Origin: Burkholderiales bacterium Ga0077543
GTDB taxonomy: Bacteria; Pseudomonadota; Gammaproteobacteria; Burkholderiales; Burkholderiaceae_C
Length of the DNA: 64,000 bases
Assembly (NCBI GenBank): GCA_001464055.1
Contig: LNET01000029.1
Span: 30,254 to 94,253, forward strand
Direction: 5' to 3'
Shown: piece by piece, positions 26,561 through 35,292 of the stretch
Layout: the number at the start of each line of letters is the position of its first letter
Numbering within the stretch: the stretch's first letter is position 1
Notes under the pieces: generated by a model
The model's input: the letters and a program-made list of their open reading frames with translations, nothing else
Database searches by the model: none
What the model was told of the DNA's origin: nothing
Made by a program: the position numbers and the translations under genes

Positions 26561-26603
26561 AATTCATATAGGAAGCCGTTACACTTGGCTTCCTATATGA
26601 ATT
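26561..26603 (+). promoter_or_regulatory. 17-bp perfect AT-rich inverted repeat (hairpin) enclosing the start codon of the next ORF
   Basis: aattcatataggaagcc - gttacactt - ggcttcctatatgaatt. The right arm contains ATG 26597 and the left arm contains AGGAAG. Confidence 0.6.
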
Positions 26604-27316
26604 CCGTGCTCCACATCCGCCTGCAAACCACGCCGGCCCAGCATGCCCGGCTGCTGGAGCTACAGGCTGCCTTCGCGCAGGTCTGCAATGCGCTGGCACC
26701 CGTGGTGCAGCAAACCGGCTGCTGGAATCGCGTGGGTCTGCATCACCTGGCTTACCGGGCCATGCGCGAACAATTTCCGGCCCTGGGCTCGCAGATGATC
26801 TGCAATGCCCTCTATTCGGTGTCCCGGGCTTCGCGCTGGGTCTATCAGCATCCCAGCAGCCCCTTCAACCTCACCCGTCTGGCGGGCAGGCCTCTGCCCA
26901 GGCTGCAGTTCCTGCCGCAGTCGCCGGTCTACTTCGACCGCCACACGCTGAGCCTGCGCGACGGCGTTGCGTCGATGTACACGCTGGACGGACGCATGCG
27001 CTTCAACCTGCCTCTGGCACCCGTCGACGAACAGCGTTTTCGTACCGCCCGCCTGCGCGAAGTGGTACTGCTGTTCCGCGACAACCAGTTCCAGCTGAGC
27101 TTCACCTTCGGCGACGGCGCCGAGCCATCTGCCAGCGTGCCTGGCGCCGAAGGCGAGGAGGGCGCCGCCCTGTCCACGTCCGAACGCGAAGCTGCAGCCG
27201 ACGAAATGCCCCATTACCTGCTTGTCCTGCACGGCCCCACCGTGCCTGAAAGCCCGATCCCTGAAGCCGCCAGGCTGCCTGCCGCGCCCCCCCGACAGAA
27301 CCGAACTGCCCCATGA
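26597..27316 (+). CDS. hypothetical protein resembling the N-terminal (WED/REC, HTH_OrfB_IS605-like) part of IS200/IS605 TnpB; no RuvC or Zn-ribbon region
   Basis: VLHIRLQTTPAQHARLLELQAAFAQVCNAL; LGSQMICNALYSVSRASRWVY; ARLREVVLLFRDNQFQLSFTF, followed by an acidic/Pro-rich tail. Host-like GC-rich codons. Stop overlaps the ABC start (ATGA 27313-27316). Alternative starts are TTG 26537 and TTG 26585. Confidence 0.55.
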   Translation: MNSVLHIRLQTTPAQHARLLELQAAFAQVCNALAPVVQQTGCWNRVGLHHLAYRAMREQFPALGSQMICNALYSVSRASRWVYQHPSSPFNLTRLAGRPLPRLQFLPQSPVYFDRHTLSLRDGVASMYTLDGRMRFNLPLAPVDEQRFRTARLREVVLLFRDNQFQLSFTFGDGAEPSASVPGAEGEEGAALSTSEREAAADEMPHYLLVLHGPTVPESPIPEAARLPAAPPRQNRTAP

Positions 27317-29106
27317 AACTAGCCTCCACCCCCGAGAGCCGCGCCAGTGGCACGCGCCAATTGCGCGGCGTGCTGTCCGGCCCGCGTCCGCAGTACTGGC
27401 AGGCCATTCGCCTGAGCCTCGTCACCGGTGTCCTGGTGCTGGCACCTTCCTGGTACATGTTCGAGGTCTACGGCCGCGTGCTGAACAGCCGCAATGTCGG
27501 GACCATGGGCTGGCTGTTGCTGGCTGCCCTGTGCATCTACGTGGTGCTGGAACTGCTGGAACTGGCCCGGTCCAGGGCGCTGCGCCGCGCCGCGGCGGAT
27601 GTCAATGCAAAGCTGTTGCCGCGGGTCTTCCATGCCAGCTTCACCGCCAACCTGCGCAAGCTGCCCAGCGGCAGCGTGCAGGCGGTCTCCGACGTGAAGA
27701 CGCTGGCGGATTTCGTGCACTCCCCTGCGGTGACGGGCGTGATGGACCTGCCCTCGTCGCTGCTCTGCCTGGCCTTGTTGTACGCCATGAACATCTGGGT
27801 GGGATTGCTCGCCACCGTGCTGGCCTTGTTGCAGCTGGGCATCGGCTGGCTGCAGCATGTGCGCGGCGCGCGGCCTTATGGTGAAGCCAATGGCGCCCAG
27901 GCCGCAGCACAGTTGAAGGCATCAGCCACCCTGCGCAACGCCCAGGTCATCGAAGCCATGGGCATGCAGCACACCATGTTCACGCGCTGGATGGCCACGC
28001 AGCGGCGCTTCCTGGGCAAGCTGTCGGACGCCTCCGACAGCGCCTCGGCCATGGGCACGCAATCCAAGCTGATCGGGCTGCTGATGGGTTCCCTGCTGCT
28101 GGGCCTGGCCACCTGGGCGGCCCTGGGCAACAGCTTGAACGGCGGCATGGCCATGGTCATCGTTGCCAGCATCCTGGGCGGAAGGGTGATGGCGCCGATG
28201 GCGCAGATCGTCGGCCAGTGGCGGCAGATCGGGGGCGTGATGTCGGCTCACACACGGCTGGCACAGCTGCTGTCGGATGTCCCTGCACCTGAATTCCAGC
28301 TGCCGCTGCCCGCGCCGCAAGGCCACCTCAGCGTCGAGGCCCTGACGCTCACCCCGCCTGGAGCCGAGGCGCCGGTGCTGAAGAACGTCAGCTTCTTCGC
28401 CAGGCCTGGTGAGCTGCTCACGGTGGTGGGCCCGTCTGCCGCGGGCAAGAGCACCCTGGCCCGGGCCCTGATCGGCGTGTGGGGCGGGCAAGTCGGCAAG
28501 GTTCGCCTGGACGGAGCCGATGTCTACACCTGGCCCAAGTGGGAACTGGGTGCCCATGTGGGCTACCTGTCCCAAGGCGTCGAGCTGTTCGACGGCAGCG
28601 TGGCCGAGAACATCGCCCGCTTTGGCCGGGTCGACCTGGACAAGGTGCGCGAAGCCGCCAACCGGGTGGGCATCACGGCCATGATCGAAGCGCTGCCCGA
28701 GGGCTTCGACACCCAGATTGGCGCCGACGGTGCCGTGTTGTCAGGCGGCCAGCGGCAACGCCTGGGCCTGGCCCGCGCCATCTACGGTTCACCCAAATTC
28801 ATCGTGCTGGACGAGCCGAACGCCAGTCTGGACGAAGCCGGCGACCGCGAACTGCAGGCGCTGCTGAAGGAACTGAAGTCCGAGAAGGTGACCATCGTGG
28901 CCATCACCCACCGCAGCAACCTGCTGATGGCCGCCGACCGCCTGCTGGTGCTGCAGGACGGCGCGGTGCTGCAGTTCGGCACGAAGGACGAAGTCCTGAA
29001 CGCCGTCAAGGCCGCCAACGAACAGGCCCTGCGCGCGCAGGCCGCGCGCATGGTGGCAGCGCAGCCTGCGCAGCCCGCGCTGACGACACAGGGAGCCTCG
29101 GCATGA
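27313..29106 (+). CDS. type I secretion system ABC permease/ATPase (PrtD/RsaD type, no C39 domain), copy 1
   Basis: N-terminal TMD, Walker A GPSAAGKST, signature LSGGQRQRLGLARA, Walker B FIVLDEPNASLD, H-loop VAITHR. Confidence 0.9.
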   Translation: MKLASTPESRASGTRQLRGVLSGPRPQYWQAIRLSLVTGVLVLAPSWYMFEVYGRVLNSRNVGTMGWLLLAALCIYVVLELLELARSRALRRAAADVNAKLLPRVFHASFTANLRKLPSGSVQAVSDVKTLADFVHSPAVTGVMDLPSSLLCLALLYAMNIWVGLLATVLALLQLGIGWLQHVRGARPYGEANGAQAAAQLKASATLRNAQVIEAMGMQHTMFTRWMATQRRFLGKLSDASDSASAMGTQSKLIGLLMGSLLLGLATWAALGNSLNGGMAMVIVASILGGRVMAPMAQIVGQWRQIGGVMSAHTRLAQLLSDVPAPEFQLPLPAPQGHLSVEALTLTPPGAEAPVLKNVSFFARPGELLTVVGPSAAGKSTLARALIGVWGGQVGKVRLDGADVYTWPKWELGAHVGYLSQGVELFDGSVAENIARFGRVDLDKVREAANRVGITAMIEALPEGFDTQIGADGAVLSGGQRQRLGLARAIYGSPKFIVLDEPNASLDEAGDRELQALLKELKSEKVTIVAITHRSNLLMAADRLLVLQDGAVLQFGTKDEVLNAVKAANEQALRAQAARMVAAQPAQPALTTQGASA

Positions 29107-30860
29107 GCACGCTGACACCGCGCGCAACCTTGGGTACAGCCGGCGACACGCGCCCTGCTGCGCCCGCCTCGGGCCGGCGCAACAGCATCGACCAGGTGCT
29201 GTGGACATTCCGTGGCGAGGTGCTCTGGATCGTCGTGTTCAGCGCTTTTGCCAACGTGCTGATGCTCACCCCCATCATCTACATGCTGCAGGTCTTCGAC
29301 CGTGTCATGTTCAGCGGCAACATGCTCACGCTGGTGGCCGTCACGGTGTTCATGGTGCTGTTCCTGTGCATCATGTCCTTCGCCGAATGGCTGCGTTCGC
29401 GGTTGCTGGTGCGCGCCGGCAACCGCTTCGACGAAGTCCTGAACGAACGTGTGTTCACGGCCGGCTTCACCGCGCAGCTGAACCAGCAGCGCCAGCTGCC
29501 CACGCAGCCCCTGAGCGACCTGAACGCACTGCGTCAGTTCCTCACCGGCAACGGTGTCTTCGCCGTCGTCGACACGCCCTGGACCCTGGTGTTCATCGGC
29601 GCGCTGTTCCTGCTGCACCCCTGGCTGGGCTGGTTGTCGGTGGTGTTTGCCGTCGTCCAGCTGGTGATGGGCTTTGGCGCTCACCGCATGCAGATGCGAA
29701 GCATCAAGGCCGGACAGAAGCTGGGCCTGGAGGCCTCGCAGTACCTGCAGGCCAAGTTCAGGAACGCCGAGACGGTCGAAGCCATGGGCATGCAGTCGAA
29801 TCTGCGCACGCAGTGGATGGCGCTGAACGAGCGTTTCCTGGAACAGCAGGCGCAGTCGCAGGAAATGGCCGCCCGGGTGCAGTCGGCGATGAAGTGGATG
29901 CAATACACCCAGCAGGGCCTGATGCTGTCGCTGGGCGCCCTGCTGGTCATCGACGGCAAGATCAGCGCTGGCGCGATGGTGGCCGCGAACTCGCTGATGG
30001 GCATCGCGCTGCGTCCGGTCGGGCTCATCGTGCAAAGCTGGAGCCAGTTCGCCGACGCTCAGGCCTCCTACCGCCGCCTGAACGAGCTGCTCGACGCCCA
30101 GACGACGCAGCCGGTCGATCCGCCCCTGCCCGAAGTGCGTGGCCAGATCAGCCTGAAAGGCTTGACGGCCACGGCCCCCGGCCGCAAGACCCCCATCCTG
30201 CACGGCATCGACCTGGAATTCCGCGCCGGCGAAGTCGTGGCCATCGTCGGTCCTTCAGGGGCTGGCAAGTCGACGCTGGCGCGCTGCCTGCTGGGCATCT
30301 GGCCCGGCGCCACGGGGCAGGTGCTCATTGATGGCCACGACATCCGCGCCTGGCCGCGGGCATCGCTGGGTCCGCAGATCGGTTACCTGCCGCAGGACGT
30401 TGAACTGTTCGAAGGCAGCATCGCCGACAACATCGCGCGCTTCGAAAAGATCGACTCGGGCGAAGTCATCCTCGCGGCCCAGGCGGCCGGCATTCACGAC
30501 ATGGTGCTGCGCATGCCCAAGGGTTACGACACGCCCGTGGGCGAGGCCGGCGACACGCTTTCCGGTGGCCAGCGCCAGCGCCTGGGCCTGGCCCGCGCGC
30601 TCTTGCGCCAGCCCGCCATCGTGGTGCTGGACGAACCCAGCGCCAACCTCGACGACCAGGGCGAGGCGGCCCTGGGTCGCGCCGTCCAGGCCCTGAAAGC
30701 CAAGGGTCGTACCGTCTTCATGATCGTCCACCAGAAAAACCTGCTCAGCCTGGCCGACCGAGTGCTCGTGCTCGACGCCGGGCGCGTCGCGCAGTTCGGC
30801 CCGGTCACGGCCGCGCCAGCGCCCGGCCAGCAGGTTCCCGCAGTCAACGCAAAGCCATGA
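29103..30860 (+). CDS. type I secretion system ABC permease/ATPase (PrtD/RsaD type), copy 2
   Basis: MSTLTPRA start at ATG 29103 (ATGA overlap). Walker A GPSGAGKST, signature LSGGQRQRLGLARA, Walker B IVVLDEPSANLD, H-loop MIVHQ. Confidence 0.9.
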   Translation: MSTLTPRATLGTAGDTRPAAPASGRRNSIDQVLWTFRGEVLWIVVFSAFANVLMLTPIIYMLQVFDRVMFSGNMLTLVAVTVFMVLFLCIMSFAEWLRSRLLVRAGNRFDEVLNERVFTAGFTAQLNQQRQLPTQPLSDLNALRQFLTGNGVFAVVDTPWTLVFIGALFLLHPWLGWLSVVFAVVQLVMGFGAHRMQMRSIKAGQKLGLEASQYLQAKFRNAETVEAMGMQSNLRTQWMALNERFLEQQAQSQEMAARVQSAMKWMQYTQQGLMLSLGALLVIDGKISAGAMVAANSLMGIALRPVGLIVQSWSQFADAQASYRRLNELLDAQTTQPVDPPLPEVRGQISLKGLTATAPGRKTPILHGIDLEFRAGEVVAIVGPSGAGKSTLARCLLGIWPGATGQVLIDGHDIRAWPRASLGPQIGYLPQDVELFEGSIADNIARFEKIDSGEVILAAQAAGIHDMVLRMPKGYDTPVGEAGDTLSGGQRQRLGLARALLRQPAIVVLDEPSANLDDQGEAALGRAVQALKAKGRTVFMIVHQKNLLSLADRVLVLDAGRVAQFGPVTAAPAPGQQVPAVNAKP

Positions 30861-32239
30861 ACATCAAAACATCCGAAGGCGGAACGATCGACGTCCGCAT
30901 GCCCGCCCCTGCCGTTGCCGGCAAGGGTGCCGAAGCCATCGAAGCCGAACGCCTGACCGACACGCGCACGCCCATCCGGCTGGGCTTCTGGTCGCTGATC
31001 GTCGGCTTTGGCCTGTTCATGGCCTGGGCCATCTGGGCGCCGCTGGACGAAGGCGTGCCGGCGCCGGCCACGGTGGCGGTGGAATCGCGGCGTACGACCA
31101 TCCAGCACATCCAGGGTGGCGTGGTGCGCGAACGACTGGTCAAGGACGGCGACATCGTCAAGGCTGGCGACGTGCTGGTCGAACTCGACCCCGCCACTAC
31201 CCGGGCCAGTTTCCAGAGCATCCGCCAGAACTACCTGTCGCAGCGCGCCATGGAAAGCCGGCTGCTGGCCGAGATCTCGGGCGCCCGCACGCTGGAGTTC
31301 CACCCCGACCTGCTCAAGCCCGACGACGCCATGAGCCAGCAGTTCATGACCGTGCAGAAGCAGCTGTTCGAGGCGCGCCGCGCCGCGCACACGGCCGAGC
31401 TTGCCGCCATGCGCGAGGCCATCACGAACAACGAGCTTCAGCTGGCCGGCCTGCGCCAGGTGGTGCAGGCGCGCCGTGCCCAGCAGGGCCTGCAGACGCA
31501 GCAGCTGGCGGGCGTCAGGGCCTTGGCAGACGAAGGCTTTGCACCGCGCAACCAGGCCTTGCAACTGGAACAGTCGCAGGCCGAGCTGCGCTCTTCGCTG
31601 GCCGACCTGGAAGCCAACATCCTGCGTCTGCAGAGCACGGTGGCCGAAGCCCGGCTGCGCATCGCCCAGCGCCAGCAGGAGTACGCGCGTGAGGCCTCGG
31701 GCATGCTGGCGGAACTGCGCAGCGAAGTGCAGGCGAACGAGGAGAAGCTGAACGCGGTCACCATCGAGCTCGACCGCATGCAGATCAAGACGCCGGTGGC
31801 TGGCCAGGTCATCGGGCTGGCCGTCGGCGGGCCGGGCAGCGTCGTCAGTTCGGGCCAGCAACTGATGGACATCCTGCCGGCCGATGCCACGCTGAAACTC
31901 GACGTGAAGATTCCGCCCCAGGTCATCGACCGCGTGAAAGTCGGCAACGAGGTCGAGGTGCGCTTCTCGGCCTTCGCCGCGACTCCGCACCTGGTTGTGC
32001 TGGGCCGGATGATCTCGCTGTCGGGCGACGTCGTCACCGAGACCCACAACGGTGTCTCCAACTCCTTCTACACGGCGCGTGTCGAGCTCACGCCCGAAGG
32101 CCTGAAGGCCCTGGGCAACAACGTCGTACTGCCCGGCATGACGGCCGACATCCTGATCAAGTCAGGCGAGCGTTCGCTGATGACTTACCTGCTGCAGCCG
32201 CTGGTCAAGCGCATCGCAGCGTCGATGACCGAGCAATGA
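30857..32239 (+). CDS. HlyD-family type I secretion membrane fusion protein
   Basis: Single N-terminal TM IRLGFWSLIVGFGLFMAWAIW, TIQHIQGGVVRERLVKDGDIVKAGDVLVELD, a long coiled-coil, and C-terminal MTADILIKSGERSLMTYLLQPL. Confidence 0.9.
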   Translation: MNIKTSEGGTIDVRMPAPAVAGKGAEAIEAERLTDTRTPIRLGFWSLIVGFGLFMAWAIWAPLDEGVPAPATVAVESRRTTIQHIQGGVVRERLVKDGDIVKAGDVLVELDPATTRASFQSIRQNYLSQRAMESRLLAEISGARTLEFHPDLLKPDDAMSQQFMTVQKQLFEARRAAHTAELAAMREAITNNELQLAGLRQVVQARRAQQGLQTQQLAGVRALADEGFAPRNQALQLEQSQAELRSSLADLEANILRLQSTVAEARLRIAQRQQEYAREASGMLAELRSEVQANEEKLNAVTIELDRMQIKTPVAGQVIGLAVGGPGSVVSSGQQLMDILPADATLKLDVKIPPQVIDRVKVGNEVEVRFSAFAATPHLVVLGRMISLSGDVVTETHNGVSNSFYTARVELTPEGLKALGNNVVLPGMTADILIKSGERSLMTYLLQPLVKRIAASMTEQ

Positions 32240-33633
32240 TGAAGCACCGCCAACCCCGGGTGCCCCGGCGCCTGCTGTCCATCCGTACCCTGGCCACGGC
32301 ACTGCTGCTGCTGTGGGCCGCCCAGGCCCAGGCCATGAGCTTCAGCGAAGCCCTGCAGGCGGCGCAGATGAACGACGCTCCGTTCCGTGCGGCGGGCTTC
32401 GAGTACGACGCCGCGCGCTACGGCGTGCCGATCGCGCGGGCCCAGCTGCTGCCCGTGGTGGCCTTGACGGCCAACGAATCTGCCGTGGCCGGCTCGCGCA
32501 GTTTTCCCAACGCTCAGAACCAGGAAGTGCGCGTACCGCTGGACTACAGAGCACCCCAGGTCAGCCTGAACATGCGCATGCCGCTGTTCAACTTCGACGC
32601 AATCAGCGGTTTCCGCCAGGCCCAGGCCCAGTCTGAGGTGGCCGAGGCGGTGTTCCGCAGCCAGGGGCTGGACCTGGTCGAGCGGCTTGCAACGGTCTAT
32701 GTGCAGGTGCTGGTGGCCGAAGACACGCGTCGCCTGACCGAATCGCAGGTGCAGGCCTATGCCATGCAGGCCGAACAGGCGGTGCGGCGCCTGGACCGGG
32801 GCGAAGGCACGCGTGTCCAGGTGGCACAGGCCCAGGCCACCGTCGACGTGGCCCGCACCCGCCTGATCGAGGCCGTCGACCTGGTCGACGTGACCCGCAG
32901 CCGGCTGGAGCGACTGACGGGCATCGTCCAGCCCAAGACGCAGATGCTGCCCCCGGCGCATGCGACCGTGCCCCTGTTTCCGGAACGCCTGGGCGACTGG
33001 ATCGAGCTGGCCATGCGCCAGAGCCCCAACCTGCAGGCCCAGGAGCGCGCGCGCGAAGTGGCGCGCCAGTTCACGCGCCGCCAGACCGCCGGCCACCTGC
33101 CCAAGCTCGACCTCGTGGCCAGCGTCGGGCGCAACGAAAACGACGCGTCCAACACCGTGGGGCAGGTCACCTCGATCCGCTCCATCGGTGTCCAGCTGAG
33201 CGTGCCCCTGTTCAACGGTGGTGGGGTCGACGCCAGCGTCAAGCAAGCCACCCTGCGCGAGGCGCAGGTCGCCGAGGAACTGCGCCAGGAACGGGAGACC
33301 ATCGAGGTCGATATCCAGCGTCACTACCAGGCCGTGGTCAATGGCGAAAAGCGGGTGGCCTCGTACCTGAGGGCGCTGGAGTCCACGGCCCTGGCGGTGC
33401 AGGGCGCGCGCCGCGCTCTGGAAACCGGACTGGGCACGAACAGCGAGCTGGCCGAAGCCCAGGCCGTGTATTTCTCGGCTGCACGCGACCTGACCCAGGC
33501 GCGCAGCGAAACCCTGCTGTCCCGCGTGCGCCTGATGCTGCGCGCGGGCATGCCGATGCAGGAAGTGGCGGCCGACGTCGACCGCTTCCTCGTCGGCGCC
33601 GCCGCAGATGCCACCGAACCGAAGAAGCCATGA
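32236..33633 (+). CDS. TolC-family outer-membrane efflux/secretion protein
   Basis: Signal peptide LATALLLLWAAQAQA and a two-repeat alpha/beta TolC-like organisation. ATGA overlaps on both sides. Confidence 0.85.
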   Translation: MMKHRQPRVPRRLLSIRTLATALLLLWAAQAQAMSFSEALQAAQMNDAPFRAAGFEYDAARYGVPIARAQLLPVVALTANESAVAGSRSFPNAQNQEVRVPLDYRAPQVSLNMRMPLFNFDAISGFRQAQAQSEVAEAVFRSQGLDLVERLATVYVQVLVAEDTRRLTESQVQAYAMQAEQAVRRLDRGEGTRVQVAQAQATVDVARTRLIEAVDLVDVTRSRLERLTGIVQPKTQMLPPAHATVPLFPERLGDWIELAMRQSPNLQAQERAREVARQFTRRQTAGHLPKLDLVASVGRNENDASNTVGQVTSIRSIGVQLSVPLFNGGGVDASVKQATLREAQVAEELRQERETIEVDIQRHYQAVVNGEKRVASYLRALESTALAVQGARRALETGLGTNSELAEAQAVYFSAARDLTQARSETLLSRVRLMLRAGMPMQEVAADVDRFLVGAAADATEPKKP

Positions 33634-34490
33634 GCACAGCACAGCGATTCATCACCCGCGGCGGTTTCCTGTTGATCCTGGGCCTGGTCCTCAGCGCCTG
33701 CGGTGGCGGCGGCAACGGCCCGTCGATCAGCACCATCTCGGCCAGTGGCCTGGCCTATGCCCGCACGGCCACCATCACCGCCAACGGTTCCGGCCTGGCC
33801 GACCCGACGTTGTTCATGACCGTGGAGGGCCTGCCCTGCGAGAACGTCACCCGCTCCAACGGTGCCACCGACTCGCAGGTTCAGTTCAGCTGCCTGGTGC
33901 GCGGCGTGGGCGAGATGTCGCCGCGCATCCGCATGTCCGACGGCAAGGAACTGGGCCGGGTGTCGCTGAACGTGCCCCTGCCGCGGGTGTCGTTCGCGAT
34001 CAGGCGCGATGGCAGCACCGGCAACGTCCTGGTCGAGATCGACCCGCGGCAGGCGCCGCTGACGGCCGCGAATTTCATGGCCTACGTCGAAGCCGGCTTC
34101 TACCGCGACACCCTCATCCACCGCGTGCTGCGGGGGCAGATCGCCCAGGGCGGCGGCTACACCTCCGGCCCCACGCCGAAGGCACCGATATTCCCGCCCA
34201 TTGCGCTGGAGTCGAACAACGGCCTGAAGAACCTGCGCGGCACCATCGCAATGGCGCGCACGGCGCAGCCGAATTCGGCCCAGGCGCAGTACTACTTCAA
34301 CCTCAGGGACAACCCCGAATTCGACCGCATCAGCGACGAACAACCGGGCTACGCCGTGTTCGGCACGGTCATCGAAGGGCAGGACGTCCTCGACGCCGTG
34401 GGCCAGGTGGCGACGACCGCGGCCGACCCCATCCTGCAGAACCTGCCGGTGAACAACGTCGTCGTGACCTCGGTCCTGCAGGTGCGCTGA
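33630..34490 (+). CDS. lipoprotein cyclophilin-type peptidyl-prolyl cis-trans isomerase with an N-terminal Ig-like domain
   Basis: Lipobox LVLSAC. Cyclophilin motifs APLTAANFMAYVEAGFYRDTLIHRV, GTIAMARTAQPNSAQAQYYFNL, YAVFGTVIEGQDVLDAV. Confidence 0.85.
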   Translation: MSTAQRFITRGGFLLILGLVLSACGGGGNGPSISTISASGLAYARTATITANGSGLADPTLFMTVEGLPCENVTRSNGATDSQVQFSCLVRGVGEMSPRIRMSDGKELGRVSLNVPLPRVSFAIRRDGSTGNVLVEIDPRQAPLTAANFMAYVEAGFYRDTLIHRVLRGQIAQGGGYTSGPTPKAPIFPPIALESNNGLKNLRGTIAMARTAQPNSAQAQYYFNLRDNPEFDRISDEQPGYAVFGTVIEGQDVLDAVGQVATTAADPILQNLPVNNVVVTSVLQVR

Positions 34491-34497
34491 ACACGCC

Positions 34498-35292
34498 ATG
34501 GCCGCCACCGGATTCGCCCACCTGATGCTCGCCTGGCCCCTGGCCAAGCGCGACATCCTGGCGCGTTACCGTGGCAGCGTCGCCGGTGTCGCCTGGGCAC
34601 TTTTGGCGCCGCTGGCCATGGTGGCGGTGTACACCCTGGTGTTCCGCGGCGTCTTCCAGGCGCGCTGGGGCGGCGCCTTGCCCGGGCAGGCCGACGGCTT
34701 CGGGTTCGTGATGCGCCTGTTTGCCGGGCTGGCGGTGTTTTCGGCGGTGGCCGAAGTGGCCGGGCGGGCCACGCGGCTGATCCAGGACAACGCCAATCTC
34801 GTCAAGCGGGTGGTGTTCCCGCTGGACCTGTTGTGCGTGGGCCTGCTCATGCAGGTGGCGCTGCACATGCTGCTGCAGTTGGGCGTGCTGGCGCTGATGG
34901 TGCTGGTGCTGGGCGAAGGCGTGCGCGCCAGCTGGCTGTGGCTACCGCTGGCGCTGGCCTGGACACTGCTGCTGCAGTACACCGTGGCCCTGTTGCTGGC
35001 GGCGTTCGGCTGCTACCTGCGCGACCTGCAGCATCTGGTGCCGCTGGCGATGACCGGGCTGCTGTTCCTGTCGCCGGTGTTCTACCCCGTCAACGCCGCG
35101 CCGCCGGCACTGGCCTTCATCCTCATGATCAACCCGCTGTCGGCGCCGATCGAACTCTTCCGCATGGCCTGGTTCGGCGACGCCCTGAACCTGCAGGTGG
35201 CGGTGGTGCAGGCGGTGGTGCTGGTGCTGGCCTTCTTCTTCGCACGCTGGGCCTTTGCCAGGCTGCGCCCGGGTTTCGCCGACCTGGTATGA
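34498..35292 (+). CDS. wzm: ABC-2 type polysaccharide/O-antigen export permease
   Basis: ILARYRGSVAGVAWALLAPLAMVAVYTLVF and six hydrophobic segments. Stop overlaps the wzt start. Confidence 0.85.
   Translation: MAATGFAHLMLAWPLAKRDILARYRGSVAGVAWALLAPLAMVAVYTLVFRGVFQARWGGALPGQADGFGFVMRLFAGLAVFSAVAEVAGRATRLIQDNANLVKRVVFPLDLLCVGLLMQVALHMLLQLGVLALMVLVLGEGVRASWLWLPLALAWTLLLQYTVALLLAAFGCYLRDLQHLVPLAMTGLLFLSPVFYPVNAAPPALAFILMINPLSAPIELFRMAWFGDALNLQVAVVQAVVLVLAFFFARWAFARLRPGFADLV

Noticed and set aside
26537-27316. An active IS200/IS605 or IS1341-type insertion sequence
   Set aside because: There is no TnpA gene, no RuvC or Zn-ribbon part of TnpB, and no recognisable right-end structure. The ORF has host-like codon usage and is translationally coupled to the ABC gene. 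The TTAC in the hairpin loop is too short to interpret as an IS608-type cleavage site.
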